Below the pieces are notes generated by a model that did not search any database, was not told the origin of the DNA, and saw nothing but the letters and a program-made list of their open reading frames with translations. The position numbers and the translations under genes were made by a program. 64,000 nt of DNA from Xanthobacteraceae bacterium. GTDB lineage: Bacteria; Pseudomonadota; Alphaproteobacteria; Rhizobiales; Xanthobacteraceae. The DNA lies in NCBI GenBank assembly GCA_041918675.1, contig JAYRVF010000012.1:88902-152901 (forward strand). Reading direction: 5' to 3'. Positions 47,120-58,292 of the stretch are shown here, one piece after another; the first letter of the stretch is position 1, and every line of letters begins with the position of its first letter.

Positions 47120-47147
47120 CTTGCGGCGCGCGCTTGCCCCCTTATAT
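47120..47147 (+). promoter_or_regulatory. RpoH (sigma32)-type heat-shock promoter for dnaK
   Basis: The sequence CTTG (47120-47123)-N17-CTTATAT (47141-47147) fits CTTG-N17-CYTATNT. It lies ~140 nt upstream of the dnaK ATG. Confidence 0.55.
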
Positions 47148-47285
47148 CTCCCCCGACCGCCTCGCGACGCGAAGCGCGGATGATTTGGGGGCTGGAAAGC
47201 GAAAAGGCGGCGGTCGATCGGCCGCGCCATCCGCACGGACGCTTCAAGGTCCGACCAGCCTGCCACGGAGAAAAGGTGGACGATC

Positions 47286-49190
<1,905 letters not shown>

Positions 49191-49209
49191 CCGGCGCCGG
49201 CGGGCCATG

Positions 49210-49235
49210 GCCCTCTCTCCGGGCGGGGAGAGGGC
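49210..49235 (+). terminator. GC-rich stem-loop 20 nt after the dnaK stop (attenuator or processing site; no U-tract)
   Basis: The arms GCCCTCTC...GAGAGGGC extend to an ~11-bp stem with a GGGC loop. Confidence 0.3.
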
Positions 49236-49242
49236 GGCCGGG

Positions 49243-49353
49243 GCATGATGCCGAAAAGCGCGAAGCGGTTTTCGGACGCCGTCATGCTCTAACTTTTCGG
49301 AATCGATCGCGTTCATGATTCTGGATCGATGCGATCCAATATCATCGTGATCC
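49243..49353. repeat. R1 two-hairpin repeat, copy 3 (between dnaK and dnaJ)
   Basis: It contains GCATGATGCCGAAAAGCGCGAAGCGGTTTTCGGACGCCGTCATGC followed by TGGATCG-ATG-CGATCCA flanked by CATGAT/ATCATC. Confidence 0.65.
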
Positions 49354-49507
49354 AGTGACGCGGCGCGAGGCCGGGTGAGGGAACGATCCGCATCGCCATG
49401 CTTCTTTCAGCGATCATGCTTCCTCTCACCGCCGTCCGCGCCCGCTCGCGCGGGGCGCGCGTGCGCGCCCGGAACGGGGCCGCGCCGCGTGAATGGGGGC
49501 GGGCCTG

Positions 49508-50641
49508 ATGTCGAAGCGCGACTATTACGAAATCCTGGAAGTCACGCGCACCTGCACCGAGGTCGAGCTCAAGACCGCCTATCGCAAGAAGGCGATGAAG
49601 CTTCATCCCGACCGCAATCAGGGCGACAAGGCGAGCGAGCACCAGTTCAAGGAGCTCAACGAGGCCTACGAGATCCTCAAGGATCCGGACAAGCGCGCGG
49701 CCTATGACCGCTACGGGCATGCGGCCTTCGAACAGGGCATGGGCTCAGGGGGCGCGGGCTTCGGCGCCGACTTCGCCTCTTCCTTCGCCGACATTTTCGA
49801 CGACCTCTTCGGCATGGCCGGCCGCCGCGGCCGCGGTCCCGGCCGGGAGCGCGGCGCTGATCTGCGCTACAATATGGAGATCACGCTCGAGGAGGCCTTC
49901 GCCGGCAAGACGGCGCAAATCCAGATTCCGACGGCGGTCGCCTGCGAAGCCTGTTCGGGCACGGGCGCCAAGGGCGGCTCGAAGCCGAAGACCTGCCCGA
50001 TGTGCGGGGGCGCCGGCCGCGTGCGCCATGCCCAAGGATTTTTCACGCTGGAGCGCACCTGCCCCGGCTGCCAAGGTCGCGGACAGGTCATCGACGATCC
50101 CTGCATGCCGTGCTCGGGCACCGGCCGGGTGACCAGGGAGCGCACGCTCTCGGTCAACATCCCCAAGGGCGTGGAGGACGGCACCCGCATCCGTCTCGCC
50201 GGCGAGGGCGAGGCCGGCATGCGCGGCGGCCCGGCGGGCGATCTCTACATCTTCCTGTCGCTGGCCCCGCATGCCTTCTTCCAGCGCGACGGCGCGGATC
50301 TGCACTGCCGGGTGCCGATTTCCATGGTCACCGCCGCGCTCGGCGGCGAATTCGAAGTGCCCACCATCGAGGGCGGCAAGACCTCGGTCAAAGTGCCCGC
50401 GGGCACCCAGTCCGGCCGGCGTGTCCGCGTCGCCCATAAGGGCATGCCCGTCTTGCGGTCGAAACAGTCGGGCGACATGTATGTCCAATTCGCGGTGGAA
50501 ACGCCGCAGAATTTGACCCGCAAACAAAAGGAATTGCTGGCGGAATTTGAAAAACTGTCGTCCGGCGAGACCCAGCCCGAGGCCCAGGGATTTTTCGCCC
50601 GCGTCAAGGATTTCTTTGGCAGCGGGCCCTCGCATGCGTGA
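49508..50641 (+). CDS. dnaJ: molecular chaperone DnaJ
   Basis: It has a J domain (DYYEILEV...HPDRN), a G/F region, four CxxCxGxG zinc repeats and a C-terminal domain. Confidence 0.97.
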   Translation: MSKRDYYEILEVTRTCTEVELKTAYRKKAMKLHPDRNQGDKASEHQFKELNEAYEILKDPDKRAAYDRYGHAAFEQGMGSGGAGFGADFASSFADIFDDLFGMAGRRGRGPGRERGADLRYNMEITLEEAFAGKTAQIQIPTAVACEACSGTGAKGGSKPKTCPMCGGAGRVRHAQGFFTLERTCPGCQGRGQVIDDPCMPCSGTGRVTRERTLSVNIPKGVEDGTRIRLAGEGEAGMRGGPAGDLYIFLSLAPHAFFQRDGADLHCRVPISMVTAALGGEFEVPTIEGGKTSVKVPAGTQSGRRVRVAHKGMPVLRSKQSGDMYVQFAVETPQNLTRKQKELLAEFEKLSSGETQPEAQGFFARVKDFFGSGPSHA

Positions 50642-50715
50642 GGGAAGCGCTTGACCGCCCGGCGGCGGCTCTGTACCCCTTATGAAGAATTTATGATGGG
50701 GTAGTACGCTTTTTC

Positions 50716-51327
50716 GTGAAGACCATGCCATCGCAGTCGTCCCCCCTGTTGCGTCGAAAGCCCCTGCGTCTTGACGACGAGGTGCGTTTCCTCCGTTCGT
50801 GGATCGAAAAGCCGCTGGCGGTGGGCGCGGTCATGCCGTCCGGCCGCGTGCTGGCGCGCACGATGGCCCAATATGTCGACATCTCCGGCACCGGTCCGGT
50901 GGTCGAACTCGGGCCCGGCACCGGCCCCATCACCAACGCGCTGATCGAGCGCGGGGTCGACCAGAAGCGTCTGGTCCTTCTCGAATACAGCCCGGGTTTC
51001 TGCGCGCTCCTGCGCGAGCGCTATCCGAAGGCGACGGTCGTGCAGGGCGACGCCTACGCCTTGCAGGAATCGCTCTGGCATCATCTCAAGGAACCGGTCG
51101 CCGCCGTCGTCTCCGGGCTGCCGCTGGTGACCAAGCCGATGCGGACGCGGTTGCGCCTCATCCGCGATGTCTTCGCGGTGACCGAGCCGGGCGCGCCGTT
51201 CATCCAGTTCACCTATGCGGTGGTGCCGCCCATCCCCAAATCGCTGCCCGGTATTTCGGCCGAGGCTTCCGAGCGCATTTGGATGAACATCCCGCCCGCG
51301 CGGGTGTGGGTCTATCGCAAGCGCTGA
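50716..51327 (+). CDS. class I SAM-dependent methyltransferase, phospholipid N-methyltransferase (PmtA)-like
   Basis: It has the VVELGPGTGPIT SAM motif and is ~200 aa. Its position just after dnaJ matches what is reported for Bradyrhizobium pmtA. The start is GTG 50716 or ATG 50725. Confidence 0.65.
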   Translation: MKTMPSQSSPLLRRKPLRLDDEVRFLRSWIEKPLAVGAVMPSGRVLARTMAQYVDISGTGPVVELGPGTGPITNALIERGVDQKRLVLLEYSPGFCALLRERYPKATVVQGDAYALQESLWHHLKEPVAAVVSGLPLVTKPMRTRLRLIRDVFAVTEPGAPFIQFTYAVVPPIPKSLPGISAEASERIWMNIPPARVWVYRKR

Positions 51328-51426
51328 CCGCCGCGTTTTTCAGCGTGAGCCGACCGCGAACATGCTATTGCGGGCTTGGGTTCCGCGCGTCGCCCCTTTC
51401 ACGATGTCGCCGAGGTCGGCCAGCCG

Positions 51427-52008
51427 ATGACCATGCCGAAGATTCTGGTCATTGCCGGATCGTTGCGTCCGGGTTCGCTGAACGCGCGGCTCGCCGGCGC
51501 CGCGCTGCGCGAACTGGCGCTCGCCAATATCGACGCGACGCATCTGTCGCTCGCCGATTACCCGTTGCCGCTCTACGACGCCGAGGACGAGGCGCGGTCG
51601 GGATTTTCCCCGCACGCCCTCAATCTCAAGCGGCAACTGCGCGCGCATCACGGCGTCTTCATCGCCAGCCCCGAATACAACGCTTCCGTATCGCCGCTTC
51701 TCAAGAACGCGATCGATTGGGTGAGCCGCGTGCGCGAGCGCGGCGACGACCCGCTCGGCCCGTTCCACGACCGCGTCTTCGCGCTCGGCGCCGCGTCGCC
51801 GGGCAAATTCGGCGGATTGCGGGGATTGATGGCGCTGCGCCAGGTTCTCGAACTGGGCTGCGGCGCGACCGTCATCGCGCCGCAGGTCACGATCGCGCAT
51901 GCCGACAGGGCGTTCGACGAGGTCGATCGGCTCAAGGACGATGGCGAGGCGGAAGCGCTTCGGTTGACGTTGCGCGGGCTCGTCGACGCGGTTCGGCGCG
52001 TGATGTGA
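51427..52008 (+). CDS. NADPH-dependent FMN reductase family protein
   Basis: It shows the KILVIAGSLRPGSLN...SPEYNASVSPLLKNAIDW flavodoxin-like pattern. Confidence 0.85.
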   Translation: MTMPKILVIAGSLRPGSLNARLAGAALRELALANIDATHLSLADYPLPLYDAEDEARSGFSPHALNLKRQLRAHHGVFIASPEYNASVSPLLKNAIDWVSRVRERGDDPLGPFHDRVFALGAASPGKFGGLRGLMALRQVLELGCGATVIAPQVTIAHADRAFDEVDRLKDDGEAEALRLTLRGLVDAVRRVM

Positions 52009-52028
52009 GGCAATAGGGAAAATCGTCC

Positions 52029-52742
52029 ATGAATCCATCCGCAATTCCGGCCCGCGATCGCCTGATCGTCGCGCTCGATATTTCCTCGGTGCGCGAGGCC
52101 GAGGCGATGGTCGAGCGCCTGGGCGAGAGCGTGACCTTCTACAAGGTCGGCTATCAACTGGCGTTCGCGGGGGGGCTGTCGTTGATCCGCGCCCTCTCGC
52201 GCGCGGGCAAGCAGGTCTTCGCCGACCTGAAGATGCACGACATCGGCAACACGGTGGCGCGGGGCGTGGCCAGCGTCGCGGAGATGAACGCGAGCTTCGT
52301 CACCGTGCATGCCTATCCGCAGACGATGCGGGCGGCGGTGTCGGCGCGCGCCGGCTCGTCCTTGAGAATTCTCGCCGTCACGGTGCTCACCTCCTATGAC
52401 GACGCCGATCTTGCCGAGGCGGGCTATGCCAAGAGCGTGACCGAGCTCGTCGGTTTGCGGGCGCGGCAGGCCCGCGATATCGGCGTGGACGGGCTGGTCT
52501 GCTCCGCCGAAGAGGCCGCTGGCCTACGCGCCGGCATCGGCCCGAAAATGGTGCTGGTGACGCCCGGCATCCGGCCGGCGGGCGCGGCGGCGGGCGACCA
52601 GAAGCGCTTCATGACCCCGGCGCGCGCGATCGCCGCGGGGGCCGACTATCTCGTCGTCGGGCGTCCGATCCTGGAAGCCGCCGATCCGATGCAGGCGGCC
52701 GAAGCCGTCGTGGGCGAGATCGAGGCTGCGGCCGGCGGCTGA
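52029..52742 (+). CDS. pyrF: orotidine 5'-phosphate decarboxylase
   Basis: It has the [18 protein letters not shown] and LVTPGIR motifs. Confidence 0.93.
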   Translation: MNPSAIPARDRLIVALDISSVREAEAMVERLGESVTFYKVGYQLAFAGGLSLIRALSRAGKQVFADLKMHDIGNTVARGVASVAEMNASFVTVHAYPQTMRAAVSARAGSSLRILAVTVLTSYDDADLAEAGYAKSVTELVGLRARQARDIGVDGLVCSAEEAAGLRAGIGPKMVLVTPGIRPAGAAAGDQKRFMTPARAIAAGADYLVVGRPILEAADPMQAAEAVVGEIEAAAGG

Positions 52743-52819
52743 TTTCCCCGTCGGGGTCGGGTTGCTGACGCGCCGTCCGCCCGCTATACCGCGCGGCGAG
52801 ACAAGCGGTTGAGGGCGAC

Positions 52820-53635
52820 ATGGCCGATATGCGGTTGATCGTGACGGGCGCCGGCGGCCGCATGGGCCGAACGCTCGTGCGCGCCCTTTCCGAAACGCCG
52901 GGCGCCAGGCTCGTGGCGGCGATCGAGGCGCCGGCTTCGCCCTTCGTCGGCCAGGATTCGGGTGTTCTTGCCGGTCTCGGCGCGAACGGCATCGCGGTGG
53001 GAAGCGATCTTGCACGGCAAGCGCGCGAGGCCGACGGCATCATCGATTTCACCATACCGGCGGCAACGCTCGCCAATGTCGAAATTTCCGCCGCCCATGG
53101 CCTCGTCCACGTCATCGGCACGACCGGCCTGTCGGCCGCCGACGAGGGCGCGATCGGCCGGGCGGCCGCGCGCGGCGTCATCGTCAAGTCGGGCAATATG
53201 AGCCTCGGCGTCAATCTGCTTGCCGCGCTGGTGCGGCGCGTGGCCAAGGCGCTCGACAGCGATTTCGACATCGAAATCGTCGAGATGCACCACAACCGCA
53301 AGATCGACGCGCCGTCGGGCACGGCGCTGTTGTTCGGCGAGGCGGCCGCGCAGGGGCGCGGCGTCGATCTTGCCGCGCATTCGGCGCGCGCGCGCGACGG
53401 CCATACCGGTCCGCGCAAGGCGGGCGACATCGGTTTCGCGGCGCTGCGCGGCGGCACGGTGGTGGGGGATCACAGCGTGATCTTCGCCGGTCCCCACGAG
53501 CGCATCGAGCTCACGCACAAGGCCGAGGACCGCATGATCTTCGCGCGCGGCGCGGTGAAGGCCGCGCTCTGGGCGCGCGGCCGCGCCCCCGGACTCTATT
53601 CGATGGCCGACGTGCTCGGCCTTACCCAATCCTGA
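52820..53635 (+). CDS. dapB: 4-hydroxy-tetrahydrodipicolinate reductase
   Basis: It has the VTGAGGRMG and [18 protein letters not shown] motifs. Confidence 0.95.
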   Translation: MADMRLIVTGAGGRMGRTLVRALSETPGARLVAAIEAPASPFVGQDSGVLAGLGANGIAVGSDLARQAREADGIIDFTIPAATLANVEISAAHGLVHVIGTTGLSAADEGAIGRAAARGVIVKSGNMSLGVNLLAALVRRVAKALDSDFDIEIVEMHHNRKIDAPSGTALLFGEAAAQGRGVDLAAHSARARDGHTGPRKAGDIGFAALRGGTVVGDHSVIFAGPHERIELTHKAEDRMIFARGAVKAALWARGRAPGLYSMADVLGLTQS

Positions 53636-53659
53636 TCGCGTCCAGTGGAATTGAAACCA

Positions 53660-54280
53660 ATGACCGACCGTCTCCTCGTGCTCGTGCGCCACGGCCAGAG
53701 CGAATGGAACCTGAAAAACCTCTTCACCGGCTGGAAGGACGTCGATCTGACCGAGAAGGGCGTCAACGAAGCGCGCGAGGCCGGGCGCAAGCTCAAGGCG
53801 CAAGGGCTCGTCTTCGACGTCGCGTTCACCTCGGCCTTGAAGCGCGCGCAGCGCACGCTCGACCTCGTGCTCGGCGAAATGGGTCAGACCGGCATTCCCA
53901 TCAAGCGCGACCAGGCGCTCAACGAACGCGACTACGGCGATCTCGTCGGCATGAACAAGGACGACGCGCGCAAGAAATGGGGCGAGGAGCAGGTTCATGT
54001 CTGGCGCCGTTCCTATGACGTGGCCCCGCCCGGCGGGGAAAGCCTGAAGGATACGGTCGCCCGCGCGCTGCCCTATTTCGTGCGGGAAATCCTGCCTTGC
54101 GTGCTGCGGGGCGAGCGCACCATCGTGGCCGCGCACGGCAATTCGCTGCGCGCGCTCGTCATGGTGCTGGAGGGGCTTTCGCCCGAAGGCATCGTCAAGC
54201 GGGAGCTCGCGACCGGCGCGCCGATCATCTACCGCCTCAAGGCCGACGCGACGACCGAAAGCAAGCTCGATCTGACCTGA
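53660..54280 (+). CDS. gpmA: 2,3-bisphosphoglycerate-dependent phosphoglycerate mutase
   Basis: It has the [10 protein letters not shown] catalytic His motif and [10 protein letters not shown]. The ATG at 53660 was preferred over the GTG at 53645. Confidence 0.95.
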   Translation: MTDRLLVLVRHGQSEWNLKNLFTGWKDVDLTEKGVNEAREAGRKLKAQGLVFDVAFTSALKRAQRTLDLVLGEMGQTGIPIKRDQALNERDYGDLVGMNKDDARKKWGEEQVHVWRRSYDVAPPGGESLKDTVARALPYFVREILPCVLRGERTIVAAHGNSLRALVMVLEGLSPEGIVKRELATGAPIIYRLKADATTESKLDLT

Positions 54281-54329
54281 CGGGCGACCCGCGCATCGCG
54301 CGGCCGGCGGAAGGTTCGCGCGGGCGCGC

Positions 54330-55247
54330 CTACGAAGCCGGATCGCCGAGGTGACCGGCTTCCCAGCCGAGCATGGCGCGCTTGCGCGTCAGTCCCCAAT
54401 GATAGCCGGTTGGATTGCCCGACTTGCCCACCACCCGGTGGCAGGGAATGACGAAGGCGATCGGGTTCTTGCCGACCGCGGCGCCGACGGCGCGCGAGGC
54501 TTTCGCCGAACAGATTTTCGTCGCGACATCGGAATAGCTCGCGGTGCGGCCCATCGGGATGCGCATCAGCGTCTCCCAGACGCGGACCTCGAAATCGGTC
54601 CCGATCATGATCACGCGCAGCGGCTCGTCGGCGCGCCAGAGCCGTTCGTCGAAGACGCGCCGCGCGATCGGCGCGGTCGCCGCCATGTCCTCGACGTAAT
54701 CGGCGTTCGGCCAGCGCCGCCGCATGTCGGCGAGCGCGGCCTTCTCCTCGCCCGGATCGGCGAAGGCGAGCCCGACAAGACCGCGCGCGCTCGCGATCAC
54801 GATCGCCGCGCCAAAGGGCGAGGGATGAATGCCGAAGCTCAATTTCAGTCCGCGCCCACCCGCCTTCCATTCCCCTGGCGACATCGCCTCATGCGTCACG
54901 AACAGATCGTGCAGCCGCGCCGGCCCCGATAGGCCGGAATCAAGCGCGGCATCGAGCACGCTCGCCGATTGCCGCAGCAGGCGCCGGGCGTGATCGAGTG
55001 TCAGCGCCTGGATGAAGGTCTTGGGCGTCAGCCCCGCCCAGCGGCGGAAGAGCTGATGCAATTCGTCGGGCGTCACGCCGGCCGCGTCCGCGATGTCGGC
55101 GATGTCGGGCTGGCTGCGCCAGGTCTCGCGCATGCAGGCGATCGCCCGGCGCACCACGTCATAGTCCCGCGCGGCGGCGGTGAGCGCGCCTGAAGAATCG
55201 GACGGGGCGGTTGGCGTGAGCGGGGTGACGTGGGCGGCGTTCGTCAT
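54330..55247 (-). CDS. AraC-type HTH fused to methylated-DNA-[protein]-cysteine S-methyltransferase (Ada/Ogt-like)
   Basis: An N-terminal AraC HTH (IADIADAAGVTPDELHQLFRRWAGLTPKTFIQ) is followed by the MGMT N-domain and the active-site motif IPCHRVV. I see no Cys4 Ada zinc module. Confidence 0.85.
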   Translation of the reverse strand: MTNAAHVTPLTPTAPSDSSGALTAAARDYDVVRRAIACMRETWRSQPDIADIADAAGVTPDELHQLFRRWAGLTPKTFIQALTLDHARRLLRQSASVLDAALDSGLSGPARLHDLFVTHEAMSPGEWKAGGRGLKLSFGIHPSPFGAAIVIASARGLVGLAFADPGEEKAALADMRRRWPNADYVEDMAATAPIARRVFDERLWRADEPLRVIMIGTDFEVRVWETLMRIPMGRTASYSDVATKICSAKASRAVGAAVGKNPIAFVIPCHRVVGKSGNPTGYHWGLTRKRAMLGWEAGHLGDPAS

Positions 55248-55661
55248 GAGGGTTTTCTAGTCGGGCGGGGCGCCTCTCGCCACCCGATTCCCGGCGAAAG
55301 CGGCGAAGCGGGCCGCGACGCGGCGACGCCGGATCGGGCGTCATGGCGAAAAAGATGTTTGATTCGAGATGGTTATGAGCTTTGCGAAGCCGTGTCGCCC
55401 GCGGCTTCCCGCCGCTTCCACGCTGTGGCCGCCGTCATAAGCCGTTCGCAAAAAGCGCCGTGGGAGCGATTCCGGCGACAATGGAATCCGTTTTTCGCGC
55501 CGAGGATTGGCTCGAGGTTCAATCCGGCGCGCGTCCATGTCCCGCGTAACGACCCAGTTCCGTAGGGAAATGCGCCGACGACCGCGCCGCGCGCGGGGAC
55601 CGGGTTGCCATTCGTGCTCGCGCCTCGTTATACGAACGCGATGGGGCCCAGGAAATCCGCC

Positions 55662-56369
55662 ATGTCTACCTCGCGCGCCGCGAAGGCGCGCGCGCGTCCG
55701 GCGACGTCGAAGCCGGCGCGCGCGGTGAGCGCGGTTTGGAACGCGGCCGACGCGCGCCTTGCCTTCACGCGCTTGCGCGAAGCCAATCCCGAGCCGCGCG
55801 GCGAGCTCGAATACATCAATCCCTATACGCTTCTCGTCGCGGTCGTCCTGTCGGCGCAGGCGACCGACACCGGCGTGAACAAGGCCACGCGCCGGCTGTT
55901 CGCCGACATTCGCACGCCGCGGGAGATGGTCGCGCTCGGAGAAGAGAGGCTTCGCGACTACATCAAGACGATCGGGCTTTTCCGCGCCAAGGCCAAGAAC
56001 GTCATCGCGCTGTCGGCGCTATTGCTCGAGCGCCACGGCGGCGAGGTGCCGCGCGACCGCGACGCGCTCGAGGCCTTGCCCGGCGTCGGCCGCAAGACCG
56101 CCAATGTGGTGCTCAACATCGCCTTCGGCGAACCGACCATCGCCGTCGACACGCATCTTTTCCGCGTCGCCAATCGCACCGGGCTCGCGCCCGGCAAGAC
56201 GCCGCGCGATGTCGAAACCGCGCTGGAGCGCGTCATTCCGGACGAGTTCAAGCGCCACGCGCATCACTGGCTGATCCTGCACGGACGTTATGTCTGCGTC
56301 GCCCGCGCGCCGAAATGCGGCCAGTGCCTGATCGCGGACCTTTGTCGCTGGCCGGAAAAATCCCTCTAG
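55662..56369 (+). CDS. nth: endonuclease III
   Basis: It has the HhH-GPD motif (LPGVGRKTANVVL) and a C-terminal 4Fe-4S cluster CX6CX2CX5C (CVARAPKCGQCLIADLC). The start is ATG 55662 or 55641. Confidence 0.92.
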   Translation: MSTSRAAKARARPATSKPARAVSAVWNAADARLAFTRLREANPEPRGELEYINPYTLLVAVVLSAQATDTGVNKATRRLFADIRTPREMVALGEERLRDYIKTIGLFRAKAKNVIALSALLLERHGGEVPRDRDALEALPGVGRKTANVVLNIAFGEPTIAVDTHLFRVANRTGLAPGKTPRDVETALERVIPDEFKRHAHHWLILHGRYVCVARAPKCGQCLIADLCRWPEKSL

Positions 56370-56398
56370 GGCATTCGCGCCCCACGCGGCCGGACGCG

Positions 56399-57145
56399 CT
56401 AGCGCGGCGCGATCGACTTCTCCGGCGGCAGCAGCTCGGGTCGCGGACCGGACAATTGCTTGTGCATGTGGACCATGAAGGCCATGGCGAAAAGGGGCGT
56501 GGCGAGATTGACGATCGGAATCGAGACGAACGCCGCGATGACAAGGCCGGCGGAAAAGACCCGCGCCGCGTTTTGCCGCCGCATCGACTTGGCTTCCGCC
56601 ACCGGACGGAAGCGCATGGCGGCGAGCTCGAAATATTCCCGCCCGAGCAGATAGGCCGTGGCGAGGAAGAAAATGATGAAGCCCGCGCCCGCGACCAGAA
56701 TGAAGGGCAGCGCCAGCAGGTAGACGCCCGCCGTGAGCAGCGCGGTGCGGCCGCCTTCCATCAGCGCGCGCGGCAGCGGCAGCGCGTGGCCGGGTTGCTC
56801 GGCGGGATAATGCGCGCGCTCGACCTCCTCGGCGACGTCGTCGACGAAGATGCTCGCCACCAGCGCCGTCACCGACGGCATCAGCATGATCGAGCCGAAC
56901 ACGATGCCAAGTCCCGCCGCGATCGAGACGATCCACGCGACCGCGGTGAGCGGGGTGTGAAACGCCGGCCCGAGCCAGGCCTCGAGCGAGGCCTCGCCCG
57001 AGGTCGCGAACCAGCTCAGCACGCGATGCAGGACGACCGCCACCACGACGATGAGGGCGAGCGCCAGGCCCATCGCCTTGAACAGGATGGCGCGCATCGA
57101 CGGGGAAAGGATCTGCGACAGGGCCTTGACGGCGGCGTCGAACAT
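56399..57145 (-). CDS. EI24/CysZ-like membrane protein
   Basis: A multi-pass membrane protein of ~248 aa with the EI24-domain pattern (REYFELAAMR). The start is the ATG at 57145. Confidence 0.6.
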   Translation of the reverse strand: MFDAAVKALSQILSPSMRAILFKAMGLALALIVVVAVVLHRVLSWFATSGEASLEAWLGPAFHTPLTAVAWIVSIAAGLGIVFGSIMLMPSVTALVASIFVDDVAEEVERAHYPAEQPGHALPLPRALMEGGRTALLTAGVYLLALPFILVAGAGFIIFFLATAYLLGREYFELAAMRFRPVAEAKSMRRQNAARVFSAGLVIAAFVSIPIVNLATPLFAMAFMVHMHKQLSGPRPELLPPEKSIAPR

Positions 57146-57211
57146 GGCGGTCTCCAACAGGCGTCGCCGTTCAGGTAGGGAAATCCCGGGATTTCGGCAA
57201 GATGGCCGGCG

Positions 57212-58096
57212 TCAATAAATCCGCTCGGATTCCCGCGCCATGGCCGCCGGAGCGCCGGCTGCAATTCGGCCGATCGGCGCCTCTGCTTCCGCCTTCGCTC
57301 CGGCGGGGAGGAGCGGGGGCGGCGCCTTTTCGCCCATGTCCTTCACCGGCGCGGGGACATCGGCCCAATGCAGCCGCTTGTAGTCGAAGCCCATGACGAT
57401 CGTCGGCTTGACCACCTCGAAATAGGGCGAGATGTCGAAATCGCGCGGGGCATAAAGCGTCGAATGGCGGATGTGCAGGATCTCGCGCCGCGCCGCGCGG
57501 CTTTCCAGCGTCGTCACCTTCGGCAGGATGGGATAGCGCACTGATTGGAACGCCTCCGCGATCAGCGCCGAGCAGATCACGCGCGTCGGATCGCCTGAGC
57601 CGAGCGCGATCATGCGCCGTCGCCAGCGCTGCGGCACCGGCAGCGGAACGAGGTAGCGCATCAGGTCGATGATATTCTTGGTGTCGTAGCCGAGGCCGAT
57701 GCGCTCGACCGCATAGGCGCAAACCGCGTCGCGATCATCGTTGGTCAGGCCGACCGGCCGGCAGATGCGGGTGTGATATGGATGATATTTCGACAGCGGC
57801 GCGGAGATGACGCCCTCGCCGACATTGGCCTCGATCAGGACGTGCGGTTCGCCGTTTTCCTCCGCCGCGCCGTTGACCGGGCCGACGTAAAGCGCCGAAT
57901 GCGACCACGTCGATTGGGTCAGATATTTGATGATGCCGGAAATGCGATTGTCGCCCTCGACCAGGAGCACGTCGCCGGGACGAAGAATCCTGCTCAGCGC
58001 GGAGGGATCGCTCGGCGTATAGGGTTCGTAGCCCGCCGAGCGCTTCTGCAAATGTCGCGCGATCAGGCGTCCGATGCCGTCGAGCAGCATCCCCAT
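57212..58096 (-). CDS. YiiX/YaeF-like permuted papain-fold (NlpC/P60 superfamily) protein
   Basis: LRPGDVLLVEGDNRISGIIKYLTQSTWSHSALYVG is followed by a downstream Cys (VICSALIAEAF), the permuted His-then-Cys order of this family. The assignment is from memory of the family pattern. Confidence 0.5.
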   Translation of the reverse strand: MGMLLDGIGRLIARHLQKRSAGYEPYTPSDPSALSRILRPGDVLLVEGDNRISGIIKYLTQSTWSHSALYVGPVNGAAEENGEPHVLIEANVGEGVISAPLSKYHPYHTRICRPVGLTNDDRDAVCAYAVERIGLGYDTKNIIDLMRYLVPLPVPQRWRRRMIALGSGDPTRVICSALIAEAFQSVRYPILPKVTTLESRAARREILHIRHSTLYAPRDFDISPYFEVVKPTIVMGFDYKRLHWADVPAPVKDMGEKAPPPLLPAGAKAEAEAPIGRIAAGAPAAMARESERIY

Positions 58097-58292
58097 GACC
58101 GTTTCCTCTCGCGGCTCGGCGTTCTCCCGCATGCCCTTTCCCCTTCAGCGTCGCAGATACCGATTGCAATTTAGTTCATTTGAACCAAGCGACAAATCAT
58201 GAAAGATTTACCACGATCGCCATAGCGGCGGCGCCGCGCGCGCAGGGTTCGCCACGTGTTCACGGTCGCGGCAAACATTCGGAAACCATGTA

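Noticed and set aside
55341-55540. Possible degenerate extra copy of the hairpin repeats in the AraC-Ogt/nth spacer (CGCAAAAAGCG...GGAATCCGTTTTTCGCG)
   Set aside because: It shows only loose arm complementarity and no alignable similarity to R1 or R2 beyond the GCGAAAA/TTTTCGC theme. It cannot be supported as a family member by eye.
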